Part shown: positions 28,979 to 39,811 of the stretch, piece after piece
How the letters are laid out: each line of letters begins with the position of its first letter
Position numbering within the stretch: position 1 is the first letter of the stretch
DNA from: Bacteroidota bacterium
Lineage (GTDB): Bacteria > Bacteroidota > Bacteroidia > Bacteroidales > JAADJA01
Length of the DNA stretch: 64,000 nucleotides
Direction of reading: 5' to 3'
Assembly (NCBI GenBank): GCA_020444515.1
Contig: JAHLKX010000011.1
Location: 28,862-92,861 of the forward strand
Program-made: the position numbers and the translations under genes
The notes under the pieces: model-generated
What the model was told of the DNA's origin: nothing
Databases searched by the model: none
Seen by the model: the letters and a program-made list of their open reading frames with translations, nothing else

Positions 28979-31363
28979 ATGAAAAAGTTACTGTCCTTAC
29001 TTTCAATTTTGTCCCTGCCGGTTTTATCATTGGCAAGTGAAGCCGACCTGGTCATCCCCGACGGCATTAAATCGGAAACGATTTTGTATTGGGGATTTCT
29101 CATCACCATTGCAGGTTTTGCATTTGGATTGCTACAGTTTGTTGGGGTGAAAAAATTCAGGTCACACAAATCGATGCTGGATGTAGCCCATGTAATTTAT
29201 GAAACAGGAAAAACCTACCTGATCCAACAAGGGAAGTTCCTGGCCATTCTGTTCCTTTTTATCGGAGCTGCCGTAGCTTTTTATTTTGGCTATTTATCGG
29301 ACGCTCATTTTGGAATTGGAGGTGTTTTGATGATTCTGGGCTGGACCGTCATTGGTATTTTGGGTTCATACAGTGTCGCCTGGTTTGGCATTCGCATGAA
29401 CACCCTGGCCAACTCACGAATGGCGTTTGCTTCACTGGAGCGGAAACCCATAAAATTGCTGAACATACCGCTAAGGGCTGGGATGAGTATTGGTGTTGTG
29501 CTGATCTCGCTGGAATTGATCATGATGTTGATCATCCTCATGTTTGTTCCGGGTGAATATGCCGGTGCCAGCTTCATTGGATTCGCCATTGGTGAATCAC
29601 TTGGTGCCTCTGTATTAAGGATTGCCGGTGGTATCTTTACCAAAATTGCCGACATCGGGTCCGACCTCATGAAGGTGATTTTTAAGATCGGTGAGGACGA
29701 TCCGAGAAATCCCGGAACCATTGCCGACTGCGTTGGTGATAATGCAGGCGACAGTGTGGGACCAACCGCCGACGGATTTGAAACCTACGGTGTAACAGGT
29801 GTTGCTTTGATCTCTTTTATTCTTCTTGCTGTTCCCAGCATAGAATACCAGGTTCAACTTCTGGCTTGGATATTCCTAATGCGTATTCTGATGATCATTA
29901 CCTCCATTGTATCCTACTGGGTGAACGGAGCATTGAGTCAATCCAGGTATGGCAAAGCGGATGATCTGGATTTTGAAAAACCACTTACATCTCTTGTTTG
30001 GATAACATCCATTCTCTCCATCATAGTGACCTTCGTGGTCAGTTATTTTGTTGTTGGTGATCTGCCACATAACCTCTGGATTACTTTATCCGTTATTATC
30101 AGTGCTGGAACACTGGGAGCTGCTTTGATACCTGAGTTTACCAAGCTTTTTACCTCCCCAAAATCAATCCATGTGAACGAAGTGGTTGAAGCTTCTAAAA
30201 AGGGAGGGGCATCCCTCAATATTTTGTCAGGTTTAGTAGCAGGTAATTTCAGTGCATTCTGGAAAGGCATGGTGTTTATTTTGTTGATGTTCATCGCCTA
30301 TTTTGCCAGCACATACAGCCTGAGCGATCTGATGATCTATCCTTCTATTTTTGCCTTTGGTCTGGTGGCTTTCGGTATGCTGGGCATGGGCCCGGTAACG
30401 ATTGCGGTCGACAGTTATGGTCCGGTTACCGACAATGCTCAATCCATTTATGAATTATCACTCATTGAAGAAACCGAAGGTATTTCTGAGGAAATTGAAC
30501 GTGATTTCGGATTCAAACCCGATTTCGAAAAATCAAAATATTACCTCGAGGCGAATGATGGTGCCGGAAATACATTTAAAGCAACGGCTAAACCGGTGTT
30601 GATTGGTACTGCAGTAGTTGGTGCCACAACCATGATCTTTTCATTGATCCTCGTTATTAAAAATGTGCTCGGGGTGCAACCTGAAGAGATTTTGAATTTG
30701 CTCAACCCATACAGTATCTTTGGCTTCATTGCTGGTGGAGCGGTGATCTACTGGTTCACAGGCGCCTCCATCCAGGCCGTTACGACAGGTGCAGGAAGGG
30801 CTGTAGACTTTATCAAGAAAAATATCAACCTCGATCCCAATGCGCCTAAAAAAGCAGATGTTGAAAAATCAAAGCAGGTAGTACAAATATGTACTGTTTA
30901 TGCCCAGAAAGGGATGTGGAATATTTTTATTGCCATTTTCTCCTTTGCACTCGCTTTTGCCTTCCTCGCTTCGCCCGCTACAAGCAATGCACCGGTATCA
31001 CTCTTTGTGAGCTACCTTTTGAGTATTGCGTTCTTTGGTTTGTTCCAGGCTATTTTTATGGCCAATGCCGGTGGGGCATGGGACAATGCCAAAAAAGTTA
31101 TTGAAGTGGATATGCAGGAGAAAGGAACCGAACTTCATGCTGCATCAGTTGTGGGGGATACCGTTGGAGATCCGTTTAAAGATACTTCTTCCGTTGCCCT
31201 GAACCCCATCATCAAGTTTACAACCCTGTTCGGGCTCCTCGCAATGGAAATTGCATTAGCTCCCGATTTCAGGGCTGTCGCACATTATATTGGATTCGCA
31301 TTCCTACTGATCGCACTTTACTTTGTTTACAGGTCATTTTATAAAATGAGAATAAACAGCTAA
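28979..31363 (+). CDS. hppA: Membrane-bound ion-translocating pyrophosphatase, divergent K+-independent-type signature
   Basis: GGIFTKIADIGSDL, EDDPRNPGTIADCVGDNAGD, DSYGPVTDNA, GNTFKATAK, NAGGAWDNAKK, GDTVGDPFKDT; likely start MKKLLS at 28979. Confidence 0.93.
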   Translation: MKKLLSLLSILSLPVLSLASEADLVIPDGIKSETILYWGFLITIAGFAFGLLQFVGVKKFRSHKSMLDVAHVIYETGKTYLIQQGKFLAILFLFIGAAVAFYFGYLSDAHFGIGGVLMILGWTVIGILGSYSVAWFGIRMNTLANSRMAFASLERKPIKLLNIPLRAGMSIGVVLISLELIMMLIILMFVPGEYAGASFIGFAIGESLGASVLRIAGGIFTKIADIGSDLMKVIFKIGEDDPRNPGTIADCVGDNAGDSVGPTADGFETYGVTGVALISFILLAVPSIEYQVQLLAWIFLMRILMIITSIVSYWVNGALSQSRYGKADDLDFEKPLTSLVWITSILSIIVTFVVSYFVVGDLPHNLWITLSVIISAGTLGAALIPEFTKLFTSPKSIHVNEVVEASKKGGASLNILSGLVAGNFSAFWKGMVFILLMFIAYFASTYSLSDLMIYPSIFAFGLVAFGMLGMGPVTIAVDSYGPVTDNAQSIYELSLIEETEGISEEIERDFGFKPDFEKSKYYLEANDGAGNTFKATAKPVLIGTAVVGATTMIFSLILVIKNVLGVQPEEILNLLNPYSIFGFIAGGAVIYWFTGASIQAVTTGAGRAVDFIKKNINLDPNAPKKADVEKSKQVVQICTVYAQKGMWNIFIAIFSFALAFAFLASPATSNAPVSLFVSYLLSIAFFGLFQAIFMANAGGAWDNAKKVIEVDMQEKGTELHAASVVGDTVGDPFKDTSSVALNPIIKFTTLFGLLAMEIALAPDFRAVAHYIGFAFLLIALYFVYRSFYKMRINS

Positions 31364-31381
31364 AAATTTTAATTAAATATT

Positions 31382-31411
31382 AAAAACTCCGTGTCTGCAC
31401 GGAGTTTTTTT
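31382..31411 (+). terminator. Rho-independent terminator
   Basis: AAAAACTCCGTG-tctg-CACGGAGTTTTTTT. Confidence 0.9.
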
Positions 31412-31489
31412 ATGTCATATAGCTGTCATTTAAGAACCGATCTTCAAGTTGGCGGAACAATTACTGACACAATGTCCTGATTCATTTAA

Positions 31490-31504
31490 TGGCAAATTAT
31501 TTGT
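31490..31504 (+). promoter_or_regulatory. sigma54-like -24/-12 element upstream of grpE
   Basis: TGGCAAATTATTTGT (GG-N10-G spacing as in TGGCAC-N5-TTGC). Confidence 0.45.
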
Positions 31505-31549
31505 AATTCATGCCCGACGGAAATCTGGCAATTTAAATAAGTTACTGGA

Positions 31550-32146
31550 ATGAAAAGAAAAAGCAGTACCGTGAAAAAGAAAAAAGCTACACAACCGAAA
31601 ACCGCAGACCAACAACACGCGGAAAAGGAAGCGGTGCATAAAGAAAAGGAAAAAAAAGTGGAAGAGAAAAAAACGAAAGCAGTTGAAGCAGATCAGGAAG
31701 TGACCACAGACTGGCAGGCGAAGCATGATGAAATCAACGATAAATACCTGCGCTTATATTCTGAATTTGACAACTATCGCAAGCGTACGATTAAGGAGCG
31801 TCTTGACATGGCTAAATTTGCTTCTGAAGAGGTAATTGTAGAATTGCTGCCCATTTTAGACGATTTTGAACGTGCCATTAAATCAACGGAAGAAGTAAAA
31901 GAATGTGATCCTGTGAAGGAAGGCATGAAACTCATCTTTAATAAATTTTCTGCTACCCTGACCAAAAAAGGATTAAAACCCATTGAAGCCATCGGGCAGG
32001 ATTTTGATACAGACTTCCATGAAGCCATAACTTATATTCCGGCGTCATCTGAAGATCAAAAAGGTAAAATCGTTGATGAAATTGAAAAAGGGTACCTCTT
32101 GAATGAAAAAGTGATCCGCTATGCCAAAGTCGTCATTGGTCAATAA
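31550..32146 (+). CDS. grpE: Nucleotide exchange factor GrpE
   Basis: YLRLYSEFDNYRKR, LLPILDDFERA, FDTDFHEAI, KGYLLNEKVIRYAKVVI. Confidence 0.96.
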   Translation: MKRKSSTVKKKKATQPKTADQQHAEKEAVHKEKEKKVEEKKTKAVEADQEVTTDWQAKHDEINDKYLRLYSEFDNYRKRTIKERLDMAKFASEEVIVELLPILDDFERAIKSTEEVKECDPVKEGMKLIFNKFSATLTKKGLKPIEAIGQDFDTDFHEAITYIPASSEDQKGKIVDEIEKGYLLNEKVIRYAKVVIGQ

Positions 32147-32188
32147 TAAAATTCCAAAAAGGCAGGTAAAAATCAGATTATTCTAAAC

Positions 32189-33352
32189 ATGTCGAAAAGA
32201 GATTATTACGAAATACTGGGCGTTAATAAAAGTGCGAGTGACACGGAAATCAAAAAGGCCTACCGTCAAATGGCATTGAAATATCACCCGGATAAAAACC
32301 CGGGCGATAAGGAAGCAGAAGAAAAATTCAAGGAAGCCGCCGAAGCCTATGAAGTGCTCCGTGACCCGAATAAACGTAGCCGTTATGACCAGTATGGTCA
32401 TGCCGGGATTGGAGGTGCTGCCGGCACGAGTGGTTTCAGCATGTCAATGGATGACATTTTCAGTCAGTTTGGAGATATTTTTGGCGATGCCTTTGGAGGT
32501 GCTTTCGGAGGATTTGGTGGTTTTAGCGGATCGAGGGGTGGCCGCAGAAGAAGGGTTAACCGGGGGTCGAACCTGAGGGTCAAGGTTAAACTTACGCTTG
32601 AAGAGATAGCCAAAGGTGTTGAAAAAAAGATCAAGGTGAATAAATATGTTCATTGCAACACTTGTAATGGCACAGGGGCCAAAGGGGGATCCTCCTACTC
32701 CACTTGTTCCACCTGTCATGGGACAGGCCAGGTAACACGCGTAGCCAATACATTCCTAGGCCAAATGCAAACATCTTCTACCTGTCCCACCTGTGGCGGG
32801 GAAGGGCAAATCATCGAACACAAATGCCCGGCTTGTACAGGGGATGGAATTGTCAAAGGTGAAGAGATCATTTCCATTAAAATCCCGGCTGGTGTTGAAG
32901 AAGGCATGCAGCTTTCCATGAGTGGAAAAGGAAATGCCGGTGCACGTGGTGGTGTTCCGGGTGACCTGATCATCCTCATCGAAGAAATTGAACATGAACA
33001 ATTCGAAAGAGATGGTTTTAACCTGTTGCACGATGCTTTTATCAGCTTTACCGATGCAGCCCTGGGCACCAGCCTGGATGTACCCACCATTGATGGAAAA
33101 GCACGGATTAAAATTGCTCCCGGAACCCAGGCCGGTAAAGTTTTAAGGCTTAAAGGAAAAGGTCTTCCTTCCGTAAATTCATATGGAACCGGCGACCTGT
33201 TGATCAACCTCAATGTGTGGACACCCAAAAACCTCTCTAAAGAAGAAAAAGAAATTCTTGAAAAATTGGGAAAATCCCCTAATTTTATTCCCAGCCCTAC
33301 ATCCCGTGATCGTTCATTTTTTTCCAGGATGAAGGAATACTTTACCCATTAA
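32189..33352 (+). CDS. dnaJ: Chaperone DnaJ
   Basis: J-domain with HPD, G/F-rich region, four CxxCxGxG repeats. Confidence 0.98.
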   Translation: MSKRDYYEILGVNKSASDTEIKKAYRQMALKYHPDKNPGDKEAEEKFKEAAEAYEVLRDPNKRSRYDQYGHAGIGGAAGTSGFSMSMDDIFSQFGDIFGDAFGGAFGGFGGFSGSRGGRRRRVNRGSNLRVKVKLTLEEIAKGVEKKIKVNKYVHCNTCNGTGAKGGSSYSTCSTCHGTGQVTRVANTFLGQMQTSSTCPTCGGEGQIIEHKCPACTGDGIVKGEEIISIKIPAGVEEGMQLSMSGKGNAGARGGVPGDLIILIEEIEHEQFERDGFNLLHDAFISFTDAALGTSLDVPTIDGKARIKIAPGTQAGKVLRLKGKGLPSVNSYGTGDLLINLNVWTPKNLSKEEKEILEKLGKSPNFIPSPTSRDRSFFSRMKEYFTH

Positions 33353-33368
33353 TCGAAATTCATTGCGA

Positions 33369-34295
33369 ATGCAGCCGGTACTTGAAGCCCATAATATTAT
33401 TAAAGACTTTGCCAACCATCGGGCCCTTGATGAAGTCAGTCTATCAGTACCCGGGCAAAAAATTTTTGGTTTGCTGGGGCCCAATGGAGCCGGTAAGACC
33501 ACCCTGATCCGGATCATCAACCAGATTACTGCTCCCGACAGTGGAACAATACACTTCAATGGAAAGCCTTTGAATTCATCACACATTGCCCGCATTGGCT
33601 ACCTTCCCGAAGAACGAGGCCTGTACAAAAAAATGAAAGTAGGTGAACAGGCCATGTACCTTGCCCAACTTAAAGGATTAACGGCCAAAGATGCCAAACA
33701 ACGTCTTACCGGCTGGTTCGAAAAATTTGACATCATGGCATGGTGGAATCGGAAAGTGGAAGAGCTTTCAAAAGGGATGCAGCAAAAAGTTCAGTTTGTC
33801 GTTACGGTGGTTCATGAACCCGAACTGCTCATTTTTGATGAACCTTTCAGCGGATTTGATCCCATCAATGTCAATCTGCTGAAAGATCACATACTGGAAC
33901 TCAAGCGGAAAGGGGCAACCATTATTTTTTCAACCCATAACATGTCTTCGGTGGAAGAATTGTGCGATAACATTGCATTGATCCATCGTTCCAGAACGAT
34001 ACTGGAAGGAAGTGTCGAAAATTTGAAGCAACAATTCAAACCAGATAATATTGAGATTATTTACACCAATGGCAGGCTAAAATTGCAGGAAATTCTGGGC
34101 ACTCAGTTTAGCGTGCTGGAAGAAAAAGATCAGGGTGAATTCAAAATGGCCCGGATACACCTTGAGAAGGGAACTGATTCCAATCAACTGATCGGTAAGT
34201 TGCTTCCTGATATCAACATCAAGTCCTTCCGGGAAATTTTACCCACCATGAATGACATATTTATCAACCAGGTCAATCAGAATGAAAACAAATAG
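33369..34295 (+). CDS. ABC-2 transporter ATP-binding protein
   Basis: GPNGAGKTT, LSKGMQQK, LLIFDEPFSG, STH; ATG at 33369. Confidence 0.93.
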   Translation: MQPVLEAHNIIKDFANHRALDEVSLSVPGQKIFGLLGPNGAGKTTLIRIINQITAPDSGTIHFNGKPLNSSHIARIGYLPEERGLYKKMKVGEQAMYLAQLKGLTAKDAKQRLTGWFEKFDIMAWWNRKVEELSKGMQQKVQFVVTVVHEPELLIFDEPFSGFDPINVNLLKDHILELKRKGATIIFSTHNMSSVEELCDNIALIHRSRTILEGSVENLKQQFKPDNIEIIYTNGRLKLQEILGTQFSVLEEKDQGEFKMARIHLEKGTDSNQLIGKLLPDINIKSFREILPTMNDIFINQVNQNENK

Positions 34296-34298
34296 CGC

Positions 34299-35657
34299 AT
34301 GGAAAAGGTGAAACTGATCATATTGCGGGAGTACCTGACACGGGTACGGAAAAAGTCATTCATTATCATGACCATTCTCGGACCGCTTCTGATGGCTGCC
34401 CTTTTTGTAGTTCCTGTTTTCCTTGCACAACTTGAGGGAGATACCAAAACCATCGCCATAGTGGATGAAACCGGCTTGTTCGCCCCTTCCTTTAAGAATT
34501 CTGAAAACCTGAATTTTATCAGCCTTGATGAAAATGTGGATAGCTTGAAGTTGCAGTTGGATGAACGAAATCTGTATGCCCTGCTTCATATCCCCCTTAC
34601 CGAGTTAACCGTTCCCAATACAGCCAAACTCTATTCCAATGGTCAGCCCAATATCATAGTTACCGGATATGTGCGGGAAACCATGCGCAAAGAAATTGAA
34701 GCCCTCAAGTTAAGTGCTTCGGGGATTGATCCCGAGGTGCTCCGCAGCATCAAATCCTCGGTGAACCTGCTGACCATCCGGGTGAACGAAGGCGGCAAAG
34801 AAGAAAACAGTTCTACAGAACTGGCAATGGCAGTGGGTTATATAGGTGGCATTTTGATTTATATTTTCATTTTTATGTATGGCGCGCAGGTGATGCGAGG
34901 AGTCATTGAAGAAAAAACCAGTCGCATCATTGAAGTGATCGTATCCTCCGTCAAACCTTTTCAATTGATGATGGGCAAGATCATTGGCGTGGCCCTTGTT
35001 GGTTTAACCCAATTTGTTCTGTGGGTAATCCTTACGTTGGTCATTGTAACTTCGGTTCTATCCATATTTTCGGGTGACATCCAATCATATCAATCCTCAC
35101 AATTGCAGGTTAATAAAGACCCGATCATGCTTTATGAACCGGATGGGAGTTCGGTGGATCAACCAGATGCAAACCAGAATCAGGGGGAGATCAATGAAGC
35201 TGTGATCGCTATTTTCGACCGGATCAACTCCATCCCGTTTCAGGTGATCATACCCTTGTTTTTGTTCTATTTCATTGGGGGATATCTTTTATACGGCGCC
35301 TTATTTGCTGCTATCGGATCGGCAGTTGACAATGAAACAGATACGCAGCAATTCATGTTGCCCGTCACAGTTCCGCTCATACTCTCGATCATTGTGGCTC
35401 AGTTTATCATGTTCAATCCGGATGGGCCGCTTGCTTTCTGGCTTTCCATCTTTCCCTTTACTTCACCGGTGATCATGATGGTACGCTTGCCATTTGAAGT
35501 TCCTTACTGGGATGTAGTTTTGTCGATGGCTTTACTGGTAATCGGATTCCTTTTCACCACCTGGCTGGCCGCCAAGATTTACAGGACAGGGATACTCATG
35601 TATGGTAAAAAGATCAATTATAAGGAGTTATGGAAATGGATCCGGTATAAAAATTAA
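34299..35657 (+). CDS. ABC-2 transporter permease (NatB/YhaP-like)
   Basis: REYLTRVRKKSF, VMRGVIEEKTSRIIEV, GYLLYGALFAAIGS, PFTSPVIM. Confidence 0.92.
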   Translation: MEKVKLIILREYLTRVRKKSFIIMTILGPLLMAALFVVPVFLAQLEGDTKTIAIVDETGLFAPSFKNSENLNFISLDENVDSLKLQLDERNLYALLHIPLTELTVPNTAKLYSNGQPNIIVTGYVRETMRKEIEALKLSASGIDPEVLRSIKSSVNLLTIRVNEGGKEENSSTELAMAVGYIGGILIYIFIFMYGAQVMRGVIEEKTSRIIEVIVSSVKPFQLMMGKIIGVALVGLTQFVLWVILTLVIVTSVLSIFSGDIQSYQSSQLQVNKDPIMLYEPDGSSVDQPDANQNQGEINEAVIAIFDRINSIPFQVIIPLFLFYFIGGYLLYGALFAAIGSAVDNETDTQQFMLPVTVPLILSIIVAQFIMFNPDGPLAFWLSIFPFTSPVIMMVRLPFEVPYWDVVLSMALLVIGFLFTTWLAAKIYRTGILMYGKKINYKELWKWIRYKN

Positions 35658-35823
35658 GCTATCATAAGGATAATCCTGTAACAAATTCCTTCCGGATATG
35701 CCCAAAATGGATCATGAATTGAAGTTAACAAATTGAAAATAAAATAATTATAATCCAAAAATCGGATGTTAATAAATAGCAAATAAAGCATTATAGATAA
35801 TTGTTTATTTAATAATGTTGTTC

Positions 35824-35831
35824 TATATTTG
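35824..35831 (+). promoter_or_regulatory. Bacteroidota sigmaA -7 element
   Basis: TATATTTG upstream of secDF. Confidence 0.6.
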
Positions 35832-35874
35832 CACCCTCAAAAAATTTAGGTAGATATAACAAAATCAGAAAGAA

Positions 35875-38800
35875 ATGCAAAGCAGAGGAGCTATTAAATT
35901 TTTCGCAATTTTATTTGCACTGGTCTGTTTATTTCAGCTTTCCTTTACATATGTCACTTCACGCGTAGAATCGAAAGCCAGGGATTATGCAGAGCGTGAT
36001 GTTACCTTCAGGATGGCCAAAGAAATGGCAAATGGAGATGAAGTACTGGAAGGGTACCTCAGAGACTCCATTGAAAGAGCTCGTGAAAACTATTACCTCG
36101 ACTCAATGGCCTCCGAAGTGGTCTATAATATCGGACTCAAGAAATATACCTTCATGGATTGCAAGGAACGGGAGATCAACCTCGGACTTGACCTGAAAGG
36201 TGGTATGAACGTTACCCTTGAAGTATCCATTGGAAGCATTGTTCGCGGATTGTCAGGCAACAGCCAGAATCCTACCTTTTTACAGGCCATGGAACTGGCC
36301 AGTGAAAAGCAGAAGAATAGCACCCAGGATTTCGTGACCCTGTTCGGTGAATCGATCAATGAAATTGACCCCAATTTCAGTCTTGCTTCGATTTTCCTCT
36401 ATGAATTCCGCGATAAAGGTATCACAGCCAATTCTACCAATGATGAAGTGCTGCGAGTTATCAGGCGCGAAACCAGCGGTGCATTCGATAGGACATTCAA
36501 CATTCTCCGGACCCGTATCGACCGTTTTGGTGTGACCCAGCCCAATGTTCAGAAGATTGCCTCTTCGAACCGTGTTTTGGTAGAACTTCCCGGTATTAAA
36601 GATCCGGAGCGGGTGCGTAAGCTTTTGCAAGGAAGTGCAAAACTTGAATTCTGGGATACATACCGCTTTAGTGAACTCGACCAGTATTTTAGTGAAGCCA
36701 ATAAGCGCCTTGTTGAAATCCGGCAGGCAGAAAAAGAAGATACTGAAACCACATCAGAACCTGGTTCAGAGGATGTTGAAGAATCAACACAGGAATTAAC
36801 ACAATCGGAAGAAACTACTTCCGACACCACTGAAGTTTCTTTGCTGGAACAACTGGAGTCGGATACCACATCCATTCCTTCATCGGATGATGCCCAGTTT
36901 GAACAATATAAAAAGGAGAACCCTTTGTTTGCTGTATTGAATCCCGCGCTGGTTCAACAACAGGGACAATACTATCCTGGTCAGTCGGCCACGGTTGGCT
37001 ATGCAGCTATCAAGGATACAGCCATGGTGAATCGCATGTTGCGTCAAACAAAGAATGTATTTCCGCGCGATTTAAAACTGGCATGGATGAACAAACCCCG
37101 TCAGGAAGGGGATAATTTCCTTGAACTGATCGCGCTAAAATATTCCAATCCACGGGATATGGAACCAGCCCTGGGCGGTGAAGTGATAACCACAGCTCGC
37201 CAGGATTATGACCAGAATGGAAAAGTAGAAGTTTCCATGTCGATGAATGCCGAAGGGACAAAAACCTGGAAATTATTGACCGAGGAAGCAGCCGCGGATA
37301 ACAACCGTCAAATCGCCATTGTGCTGGATGATTATGTGTATTCAGCCCCCACAGTCAATAGTCCTATCCCGAATGGTCAGTCCTCCATTTCAGGGAACTT
37401 TACTGTTGAAGAAGCACAGGACCTTGCCAATATTCTGAAGGCCGGTAAATTACCAGCGCCTGCAAGAATTGTTGAAGAGGCCGTAGTTGGACCGTCACTC
37501 GGTAAAGAAGCCATCAGTGCAGGTTTATGGTCGTTTGTGATCGCCTTTGTTTTGGTTTTGGTTTATATGATATTTTATTATAACCGGGCAGGCTTCATTG
37601 CTGACCTTGCCTTGCTTACCAATATATTCTTCCTGTTTGGTGTACTGGCTTCCTTTGGTGCAGTATTAACCCTTCCGGGTATTGCCGGTATTGTATTAAC
37701 CCTGGGTATGGCTGTGGATGCCAACGTGATTATTTATGAGCGTATCAAAGAGGAAGTCAGAGCCGGAAAAGGCCTCAGTCTGGCAATTTCAGATGGATAC
37801 AAGAATGCCTATTCGGCCATCATTGATGGGAACGTAACCACCTTATTAACAGGGATCGTTTTGTATGTTTTTGGTTCAGGACCTGTACAGGGTTTTGCCA
37901 CTACCCTGATCATTGGTATCCTTTCATCATTGTTCTCAGCCATCTTCATTTCCAGGATTATATTCACATGGGCGCTTAAGAAAAACCGAAAACTTGATTT
38001 CGCCAATAAAATGACGCTGAATGCGATGGCCAATGTCAACATTAACTGGCTAAGTATGCGCAAAGTGGGGTATGTCATTTCCGGATTGTTGATTACCGTG
38101 AGTATTTTATCTTTGGCTTTCAGGGGATTGAATTATGGTGTTGACTTTTCTGGTGGACGTACCTATGTGATCCGTTTTGATCAATCAGTTCAAACGGATG
38201 AAATCCGGAAAGCCCTCGAAGGCGTATTCATTGATGAAAACGGTCAATCGGTAACGCCTGAAGTTAAAACATTTGGTCCTGATAAACAGGTAAAAGTAAC
38301 CACCAAATTCATGATTCAGAATGATGCCCCTGAGGTAGACTCTATCATCCAGGCCAAAATCTATGAGGGATTGTTGCCATTTTATTCAGACCAGAATATT
38401 ACCTATAAAAAATTCAGTACCGATACAGAAACAGAAGATAAGCTACTGGGTATTCTGAGTTCACAAAAGGTAGGCCCAACCATTGCCGACGACATCAGAA
38501 ACAGAGCGATTATGGCCGTTCTGATCGCATTGATCGTTATCTTTATATATATTGCCATTCGATTCAGAAGATGGCAATTCGGACTGGCTGGTGTCATTGC
38601 CCTGTTTCACGATACCATCATAACCCTTGGTTTGTTCTCTCTGTTCTACAACCTTTTACCCTTTAATATGGAGATTGATCAGGCATTTATTGCAGCCATT
38701 CTTACCATCATTGGATATTCAATTAATGATACGGTGATCATTTTCGACCGTATTCGTGAGTTCATGGGTCTATATCACAAACGTGAGCTGACTGAAAATA

Positions 38801-39042
38801 TCAATGGGGCCCTGAACAGCACACTGGCACGTACCATCAATACATCAGGAACTACCTTTCTGGTATTGTTGACCATCTTCATTTTTGGAGGTGAGATCAT
38901 CCGCGGGTTTACCTTCGCCTTGATGATGGGGGTACTCATAGGTACCTATTCTTCGGTATTCAATGCCAGCCCGATCGCTTTTGATCTGATCCGATCAAAA
39001 TTCAAGGGTCAGGAAGCGATGGCTAAAAAACCGAAAAAATAA
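35875..39042 (+). CDS. secDF: Protein translocase subunit SecDF (fused)
   Basis: LGLDLKGG, RIDRFGVTQP, VGPSLG, GMAVDANVIIYERIKEE, GVDFSGG, GYSINDTVIIFDRIRE. Confidence 0.98.
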   Translation: MQSRGAIKFFAILFALVCLFQLSFTYVTSRVESKARDYAERDVTFRMAKEMANGDEVLEGYLRDSIERARENYYLDSMASEVVYNIGLKKYTFMDCKEREINLGLDLKGGMNVTLEVSIGSIVRGLSGNSQNPTFLQAMELASEKQKNSTQDFVTLFGESINEIDPNFSLASIFLYEFRDKGITANSTNDEVLRVIRRETSGAFDRTFNILRTRIDRFGVTQPNVQKIASSNRVLVELPGIKDPERVRKLLQGSAKLEFWDTYRFSELDQYFSEANKRLVEIRQAEKEDTETTSEPGSEDVEESTQELTQSEETTSDTTEVSLLEQLESDTTSIPSSDDAQFEQYKKENPLFAVLNPALVQQQGQYYPGQSATVGYAAIKDTAMVNRMLRQTKNVFPRDLKLAWMNKPRQEGDNFLELIALKYSNPRDMEPALGGEVITTARQDYDQNGKVEVSMSMNAEGTKTWKLLTEEAAADNNRQIAIVLDDYVYSAPTVNSPIPNGQSSISGNFTVEEAQDLANILKAGKLPAPARIVEEAVVGPSLGKEAISAGLWSFVIAFVLVLVYMIFYYNRAGFIADLALLTNIFFLFGVLASFGAVLTLPGIAGIVLTLGMAVDANVIIYERIKEEVRAGKGLSLAISDGYKNAYSAIIDGNVTTLLTGIVLYVFGSGPVQGFATTLIIGILSSLFSAIFISRIIFTWALKKNRKLDFANKMTLNAMANVNINWLSMRKVGYVISGLLITVSILSLAFRGLNYGVDFSGGRTYVIRFDQSVQTDEIRKALEGVFIDENGQSVTPEVKTFGPDKQVKVTTKFMIQNDAPEVDSIIQAKIYEGLLPFYSDQNITYKKFSTDTETEDKLLGILSSQKVGPTIADDIRNRAIMAVLIALIVIFIYIAIRFRRWQFGLAGVIALFHDTIITLGLFSLFYNLLPFNMEIDQAFIAAILTIIGYSINDTVIIFDRIREFMGLYHKRELTENINGALNSTLARTINTSGTTFLVLLTIFIFGGEIIRGFTFALMMGVLIGTYSSVFNASPIAFDLIRSKFKGQEAMAKKPKK

Positions 39043-39055
39043 TTTCTGAAAATAT

Positions 39056-39083
39056 AAAAGTCTCCTTCGGGAGACTTTTTTTT
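39056..39083 (+). terminator. Rho-independent terminator with UUCG tetraloop
   Basis: AAAAGTCTCC-TTCG-GGAGACTTTTTTTT. Confidence 0.92.
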
Positions 39084-39090
39084 ATATTTG
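39083..39090 (+). promoter_or_regulatory. Bacteroidota sigmaA -7 element abutting the terminator U-tract
   Basis: TATATTTG, 17 nt before ATG 39108. Confidence 0.55.
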
Positions 39091-39107
39091 CCTGTTATTT
39101 GTGTATA

Positions 39108-39539
39108 ATGAGCAACTTTCTACTTTTCTTTAATATAAGTGGGGGCGAGATACTTCTGATCGTTATCGTGGTCTATCTTGTATTCGGGCCTAAAAAGATT
39201 CCCGAACTGGCCCGCATGCTTGGAAAAGGCATCAATGAGCTCAGACGTGCGACTGATGACATTCGAAGTGAAATCAGCCGGGAAGCCAATAAAATAAAAA
39301 AGGATATCAACCTTGATATTGACGATCCACTGGAAGAAATAACCAAACGCAGGAAAAGGGAACAAAAAAATACCCCCAAAAGCGCCTCAGATCAAGCAAA
39401 TACTGCCTATTCCGAACCGGGAGATCGAACTGAAGAAGATATATCTAAAAATCCCGATCCCCACGTTAAAAATGAAAAGGGATCTCAAAATCCCGAATCA
39501 ACTGCCAGTAAAAAAAAGTCGGAAAATTCGACTGAATAA
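39108..39539 (+). CDS. tatA: Twin-arginine translocase TatA/TatB family subunit
   Basis: ISGGEILLIVIVVYLVFGPKKIPELARMLGKGINELRRA plus charged tail. Confidence 0.88.
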   Translation: MSNFLLFFNISGGEILLIVIVVYLVFGPKKIPELARMLGKGINELRRATDDIRSEISREANKIKKDINLDIDDPLEEITKRRKREQKNTPKSASDQANTAYSEPGDRTEEDISKNPDPHVKNEKGSQNPESTASKKKSENSTE

Positions 39540-39811
39540 CAAACGAAACTCTCATCTCTCAAATCAATCCTGATTTATTTTTTTCTGGATGAAACCTCCA
39601 TTAATAGTTTACGTATCTAAAGGCCTTTAATTCAAAACTACCAATGCGCCATATATAAATTTGTTAAATTCAAAAAACTATAATACATTTAACGGCTGAT
39701 TTCAACATCAATCAAACCTCTTCGCTAATTAGTATATTAATCGTTTGTTTTGAAAGCAAAATAAAACAACCAATAATAGTCATTCATATTTATCAATTTA
39801 AAGTTTAAGTT

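Noticed and set aside
31550-33352. grpE-dnaJ without dnaK
   Set aside because: This is the usual arrangement in Bacteroidota
36720-36900. Acidic low-complexity insert in SecDF
   Set aside because: A variable periplasmic linker typical of Bacteroidota SecDF
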